DNA from: the human T2T-CHM13v2.0 reference genome, Homo sapiens
Reading direction: 5' to 3' (one strand)
Length of the DNA stretch: 64,000 bases
Assembly: GCF_009914755.1 (NCBI RefSeq)
Contig: NC_060935.1
Shown: piece by piece, positions 56,375-64,000 of the stretch
Position numbering within the stretch: position 1 is the first letter of the stretch
Layout of the letters: each line of letters starts with the position of its first letter
Notes under the pieces: model-generated
Told to the model about the DNA's origin: nothing
What the model saw: the letters and a program-made list of their open reading frames with translations, nothing else
Database searches by the model: none
Program-made: the position numbers and the translations under genes

Positions 56375-59300
56375 CTCATACTCTGGAAGCATTCTGAACT
56401 CATTTATCTAGGAGTTCTTTTGTAAATTCCACAGGCATTTCTACATAACCATGTCATTTGCTAATAAAGACAATTTTATTTCTTGCTTTTTGATGTGGAT
56501 ATCTTTTATCTCCTTTTCCAGCCTTAGTGCACTACCTAGAACCTCCAGTACAATGACATAAGTGGTGACGGGAATACTCTTGACCTATTTTGGATCTTAG
56601 AAACAAAGCTAGTTTTTCAACATTAAGTGTGCTGTCAGTTAGAGAATTTTTTTGTAGATGTCCTTTCTCAGGTTAACAAAGTTCTCCACTACTCCCTTTG
56701 CATAAGGCGTTTATCAGGAATGGATGGCGGATTTGCCAAATGTTTTTTCCTGCATCTTACTGAGATGATTATATGATTTCTCCTTTTTAGATTGCTAATA
56801 TGATGAATTATATTGACTCACTGTCAAATATCAAACCAACAACCCATTGCAGGAATAAACTCTCCTTGAGTGATATATTGCCCTTTTTATATATTGTTAA
56901 ATTCTATTTAATATTTTATTAAGAATCTTTATATCTGTGTTCATGAGAGATATTGGACTGTGGATTTCTTATGCTTTCCTCTGGTTTGGGTTTCTGAGTG
57001 CTATGCTGGCTTCACATAAGTTGCAAAGAATTTTCTCTCCTCTTCAATGTTCTGGAACACTTTGTACAGAATCAGTAGTATTTCTTCCTTAAATGTGTGG
57101 TATAATTCACCGGCAAATCTATCTGGGCTTGAAGTTTTCTTTGAGGTATGTTTTTAAAACAAACTCAATTTATTTTGTAGATAAAGTACTACTGATATTA
57201 TCTTTTTTTTTCCCTTGAGTGAATTTTGGTAGTTTGTGCCTTTCAAGTAATATGTCCATTTCATTTAACTTGCTGAATTTATTGGCATAAAGTTGTTTAT
57301 AGTATTTATTATCTTTCAAACATCTGAAGGATCTAAAGTGAAGATACCGCTCTCAATCCTGATATTGTGTCTTTTCTCTTTTTTATCTGATCATTCCGGC
57401 AAGAGTCTTGTCAATTTGACTGATCTTCCAAAAAGCCAGTTTAGGGTTTTTATTTTTTATTTTTTTTGGTAGAGGTGGGGTCTCACTATGTTACCCAGGA
57501 TGGTCTTGAACTGCTCTGCTGGGCTCAAGCAATCCTCCTGCCTCAGCCTCCCAAAGTGTTGGCATTACAGGCATAAGCCACTACACTCTGCCAGTTTTTC
57601 TTTCCTTTATGGTTTTACTATTTTCCATTTCATTGGTCTTCATTCTCTTATTATTTCCCTTCTACTTACTATGGGTTTTAATTTTCTCTTTTTCTTCTTA
57701 TTTCTTAAGGAAGAAACTAAAGGTCATTGAATTGAGACCTTTGTTCTAATACAAATATTTAGTGCTACAAATGTCTCTATATATACTTCTTTAGTAGCAT
57801 GCTATAAATTTTGATGTTGTGTTCTAATTTTCATTCAGTTCATGATACTTTGTAATTTCCCTTTTCATTTTCTTGACCCAAGGGTTAGTTGGAATATGTT
57901 AATTTCCCAATATTTGAAGATATCCTAGATACCTCTCTGTTATTAATTTCCAAGTTAATTCTACTGTGGTCAGGAAATTACACACTATCTGACTAAAATC
58001 CTTTTAAATTTATTGAGGCTTACTTTATGATCCATTCTTCTTTCAAAAGAAGGTGCATTCTACTGTTGTTGGGTAAAGGGTACACTTAATGTCAATTAGG
58101 ATATGTTGTGTTCAGTATTGTTGTTCAAGTCATCTGTATCCTTACTGATTTTCTTTCTACCTTCCTATCAGTTATCGAGAGGGGTATTGAAGTCTCTGAT
58201 TTTAAGTGTGAATTTGTCTATTTTTCCTTGTAGTTCTTAACATCTTGCTTCAAGATTTTTGAAGCTATTAGATCACGAATGTTTGGGACTGTTATGTCCT
58301 CTTGAGGAATTAATCTCTTTATCATTATATAACACTCTTCTTTATCTCTGGTAATAGTCTTGGCTCTGAAATCTTTATCTGATATTCATATAGCTACTTT
58401 AATTATTTTCATTATTGCTAGCCAGGCAATCATGAAAATAATTAAAGTAGCTATATAAATATCTTACTCCATCCTTTTACTTTAACCTTTGTGTCTTCAC
58501 ATTTAAAGTAGATTTCTTGTAGCATCTTGTTTTTTTATTCAATCTAACACATCTGCCTTTTAATTGAGACATTTGGGCAATTTACATTTAATGTGCTCAT
58601 GGATACAGTTGAGTCATCTTGCTATTAGTTTCCTATCCATATTATCTATTCTTTGTTCTAGTTGTCTTCTTTCTCTACCTTCTTTTGGGTTAGCTGAGTT
58701 GTTTTTATGATTGCATTTTACCTCCTTTGTTGGTTAATTAACTATATATCTGTTATTTCAGTGGCTGCTTCAGAATTTATGGTATACATTTTTAATTCAT
58801 GACAGTCTAATTCAAATGATACCATACCAATTCAAGTATGGTTTAAGAATCTTACAACAGAGCCAGGTGCAGTGGTGTATGCCTAAAGTCCCAGCTACTT
58901 GGGTGGCTGAGGCAAGAGGATCACTTGAGCTCAAGAGTTCAAGGCCAGTCTGGGTAACACAGTGAGAACCCGTCTCTCAAGAAAAAAACAAACTAGTTAA
59001 CAACAATATTTCTCCCTCCTGCTCTTTTTTGTTATTAACTTTTACTTCATAATGCGTTTATTTTTGCTTTAAATATTCAGTTATGGTAAGAGTAATTTAT
59101 ATTTATCCACATAATTACCATCTCTGGTACTCTGTATTCATTTTCAGATTTCCATTTGGTATCATTTCCCTTCTGCCTAAGGACATCTTTTCACATTTCT
59201 TGTAATGCAGATCTGCTGCGGATGAATTATCTCGCTTTTACATGTCTGGGAAAAGTCTTTATTTCATCTTCATTTCTGAAATAAATTTTTAGTAGGTAAT

Positions 59301-60190
59301 GAATCCTAGTTGATAGTTTTTGCTATCAGTACTTAAAAGATTCTGCACCACTATCTTCTGGCTTCACTGTTCAATGAGATGCAATGATGACTCCTGCCAT
59401 CCTTATCTTTGTTCTTCCATATGTAATGTGCTCTTTTCCCCCCGTCTGGCTATTTTTCAGATTTTTTTCTTTACCACTGATTTTAAGTGATTTCATTATA
59501 ATGTATCTTATAATTTTCTTCATATTTCTTGTGCTCCGGGTTTGTTGAGCTTCTTGGATGTGTGTATTTTTCATCAAATGTGGAAATTTTCAGCAATGAC
59601 TTCTGCTGTTAATCCCATCCAGTGCATTTTTCATGTCAGACATTGTAGTTTTACTTCTGAAAGTTTGATTTGGATCTGTTTACACCTTTCATGTCTCTAA
59701 CATGTTTTCTTGATTGCATAAAATAACGGTCAAAATAACTGTTTTAATGTCTCTGTCCACTAATTCTATTATCTTTGTCATTTCTGGATCTGCTCCTATT
59801 AATTATTTGTTTCCTTATTGTGGGTCATATTTTCTTGCTTCTTTATATGTATGGGAATTTCTGAGTAGAAGGCTGGGACTTTTACGTATCAGGTATCAGA
59901 TATTTTGTATTCCTAAACACATTCCTGAGCTTTCTTCTAGGATGCAGTTATTTGGAAATACATTATCCTTTCAGGTCATGCTCTAGGTTTTGTTACAGGG
60001 TACCAGAACAGCATTTAGTGTGGCTAATTTTGCCCCACTACTGGGACAAAACCCTTCTGAGTTATACTATCCAATACTCCAAGAAATATAAGGTTTTCTA
60101 CTTTGATTGATTAGAATATGAATTATTCCTAGCCCTGTTTGAGCTCAAGGTATTGTTCCTTCTAAACGTTTTAGGTAATTTGTTCTCCCA
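56375..60190 (-). mobile_element. Old L1M LINE remnant (ORF1/ORF2) with FLAM insertions at ~57450-57592 and ~58861-58990
   Basis: Minus ORF 59371-59577 (HIQEAQQT...IRYIIMKSLK...KEKNLK...HITYGRTKIR) resembles L1 ORF1p; T-rich antisense ORF2-like text. Confidence 0.8.
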
Positions 60191-61164
60191 GTTTAATATT
60201 CTATTCCAAAAATTTAGCAGCCTCAATACAGTATCATTAGTTTAGTACACCAATATACATATATCCAACAACTACTTCATAACTGTTTGTGCCCTGTGGC
60301 ATTCCAACAGGATAACGGGCAGGTTCTACATAGCACTGGTATATCTAAGTTTATCTAACTTTTAAATTTACCTTGTCTCTCTTCAAAATAACGTATGTGC
60401 CACAAGGCTATGCATTTGAAATATAAACTGATCAAGTTACCCGAACAATTAACGATAAGGAAGGAAGCCGAGTAAACACAGAAAGCTTCACAGAACCACC
60501 AATTTTAGACAGGACAATTTCTGTTTTAGGAAAATTTGACATGTGAAATTCCTTCATATAAAATACCCCTATGCCGTCACAAATTCTGTTTCTTCTTCCT
60601 GGGATGTCATCCCTTCTCTCTCAACTCTACACTCTCAAATTCTTCCTCACTAACCTTTCAAGCCCTGAGCAATGAAACTTCCCCCTAAGTGTTGGTGCTG
60701 TTTTGGAAGCACCTTCTCAGAGCTCCCATCACACCATCTGGTTACCACTGACAAGTCTCTAACAATACCACAGTAAAATTTTTCGTTGTGTTTTCTTATT
60801 CTTTCACCACGTCATCATGTCCTCTGAGGCTAGGAAGTTAAGACAGGTTTGTCTTTGTACATCCAAAGCTTAGAAGCATGCTTAGCAGCTAAAAAAGTAA
60901 ACACATGTTAAGTAAATGGTGTACAACTAACCAAATAGGTACATTCTTAAGTTAAAATATATATATATACACAAAAAGTAAAAGAAATCTCAATAAACTA
61001 CTTACTTTGTTGGGGTAAATATGATTGGGGGAAGGAAATACACGTACTTATTAGAATTTTTCCAGTAGTTTTCCTGCTCCATTATTCCTCAAAAAGATAC
61101 CTTGTCCTACCCATCATGCATAATGTAATTCACATAAACAGGAATAGCAACTCACCTATCCTTA

Positions 61165-61884
<720 letters not shown>

Positions 61885-63761
61885 TAAAGCATGGTTTCAC
61901 ATCACTGTCTTCCAGGAAACAAAGCCAACAAATTTATACATACATTTCTGGTGAAGAAATCTCTAACCACATGCTTGTGAGCTGACACAGCATACTTTTA
62001 ACTAAGTAGAAATAGCATTGCCATCACCAAAGCAAACAATAAAAGACAAAAAGGACAACATACCGGAACAGAGCCATAGCACTGTGGAAGTTAGAAATCA
62101 AAAGAAAACTGAAAGTTACAAAAGTAAGTACTTCCTAGAGGTTCCTCAACCCAGATAATTTCATAAAGATACCAAATAATATTAAGCCTCATCTCCTGGA
62201 TATTCTGATTTGGTAGATTTTAGCACTTCCCAGACATGTTTTGTTTTAAATAACCAGGGCAAATCTGATGCAACAAATTCACAGAACTACATTTGGAAGC
62301 TTCCAGTAAGACTCAGTTCAAAAACACAAGTAGCAGCAGCAGTTCACAATAACATGTATGAGCTCATCTAGTACTACATATTTCCAAATAGAATAAACTA
62401 CATTTCAGTGCTCAGAGTTATGTCAAGTTAATGAAGTTTACAGAAGCAAAACTTGTTTTCACAAACATCTATTATGTAAAAAGAATCATCACATTAATAC
62501 AACGTCTTAACTCACTGGCACCCAGATTCATCCACCCAACAAATACTTATTTAGTGCATACCTCTGTTCTATATGCTAACGATAAAGCCTGAACAAAATT
62601 GACCTGTCAAAACCGAGAAACCCTCATAGTACCTACACCTACATTCACCATCTAAACCCTTTTAGACGCACATAAGGCACAGATAACGCCACATGTGGTA
62701 AGATCCTCTACTATTTGAGGAGGGGTTCTTTTTCCTAGGAGGCTGTAGGGGGCACACTGGTCAAAAGTACTGACAGATGGGAGTCTGGATTGATATACTT
62801 AGCTATCTATTATTTTAAGTATAATAAGTTATTTTCTCAAATTAATAGTAACGATTAATAATTAAGCAACTAAAAGGAGGGGAAAAAGAGGGAACAACCA
62901 AGGTAAGCCAGGAGAAAGATGGTAAAGACAAAAAAGCAAAGACAGTTGATCTCTAGACAGGGCTGAGTTGAGGACAAGGAACTTGAAATCAGATATATCA
63001 TGAAATTCCACTGTCTAAGCCAACATACTGTGCTATTTAATTTCAGATTCAAGTGTTGTTATATTTACCTACTTTCATATTTTAGCAAAGTTAAGCAAAT
63101 CATTTACCTATGTTTTCTTCCTACACCTTTAGCAGAATAAACAAAATGACTGGCATATCTTAAGGGACCAGATGGCTGGTAATACTAAACAACCACTCAA
63201 ATTCTACAGATATCTTTTTATCTCACGTAAACCTCAGTGACTATTCTGTCTACTGCTGCATCATCACTGCCTAGAAAAGGTGTTCAATAAATACTGGATG
63301 AATGGATGGAAGGATGAAAGAAGCAACCCAGTCCACAGATACAGAGGCCATAAGCAAGCAAGCAAAGCCTCTTCTGGATGATATCCCTGAACCCTGGTGG
63401 GGTTCAGAATCTCAGGAGCCAGTGGTAGAAATGGCCAGTGCTGACCCACAAATTCAAAGAACAAGGAGAAATGGCATTTATTATCTACAAGAAAATAGGC
63501 TAGAAGGTAAAGAAACTACAAATGATCAAGTCTAAGACAAAGGTAGAAAAAAACAAGCTGTGTCGGCAACAGAGAGCAAGCCAGACTGGTTACTCAGAAC
63601 CTACAGATGACAAAAAACTAAACATCTCTGAACAGGCGGAAAGAAGCTTTTACAGCATCCCCGTGGCCTGTCCAAGTTGACTTGGTAGAACAACGTAAGT
63701 GTGTCAAGACATTATAGACGGACACCTTTAATTGTGAAGAGATGTTAAAAAGGTAAAAACC

Positions 63762-64000
63762 GGCTGGGCGCAGAGGCTCACACCTGTAATCCCATCACTT
63801 TGGGAGGCCAAGGCGGCAGATCACAAGATCAGGAGTTTGAGACCAGCCTGGCCAACATGGTGAAACCCTATCTCTACTAAAAATATAAAAAATTAGCTGG
63901 GCATGGTGGCCCATGCCTGTAAGCCCAGCTACTCAGGAGGCTGAGGCAGGAGAATCGCTTGAACCCGGGAGGTGGATGTTGCAGTGAGCGGAGATCGTGC
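63762..64000 (+). mobile_element. Alu (S-like), cut by the window end
   Basis: Alu motifs. Confidence 0.9.

Noticed and set aside
59371-59577. L1 ORF1-like peptide
   Set aside because: A short, decayed fragment of an old L1, not an active element.
62740-62757. Weak CTCF-like motif ggctgtagggggcac
   Set aside because: Lacks the conserved CCA 5' core; a chance-level match.

Overview
Primate genomic DNA, almost certainly human chr11p15.2. It contains two convergent genes. On the + strand are the last 10 coding exons and 3' UTR of SPON1 (F-spondin: end of the spondin domain plus six thrombospondin type-1 repeats; stop 36216-36218; distal AATAAA at 38637). On the - strand are the last two exons and 3' UTR of RRAS2/TC21 (CAAX CVIF; stop 52937-52939; ATTAAA 51540-51545). 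The rest is intronic or intergenic: many Alus, old L1/L2 remnants, MaLR LTRs, MER DNA transposons and microsatellites. The most unusual elements are: (1) a ~3.15 kb almost pure G/A polypurine tract between the two 3' ends that apparently grew from an Alu tail; (2) a 9 x 55 bp intronic VNTR carrying an RBPJ/Ikaros motif and an AP-2 motif in most units; (3) a candidate intronic-polyadenylation SPON1 isoform lacking TSR5-6; (4) an 83 bp fold-back hairpin in RRAS2 intron 4; (5) a tailless U2 retropseudogene. Apart from ORFs overlapping SPON1 exons, the ORF track reflects repeats and chance. Exon numbers, repeat subfamily names and reference-genome comparisons are from recall, not from a database run.
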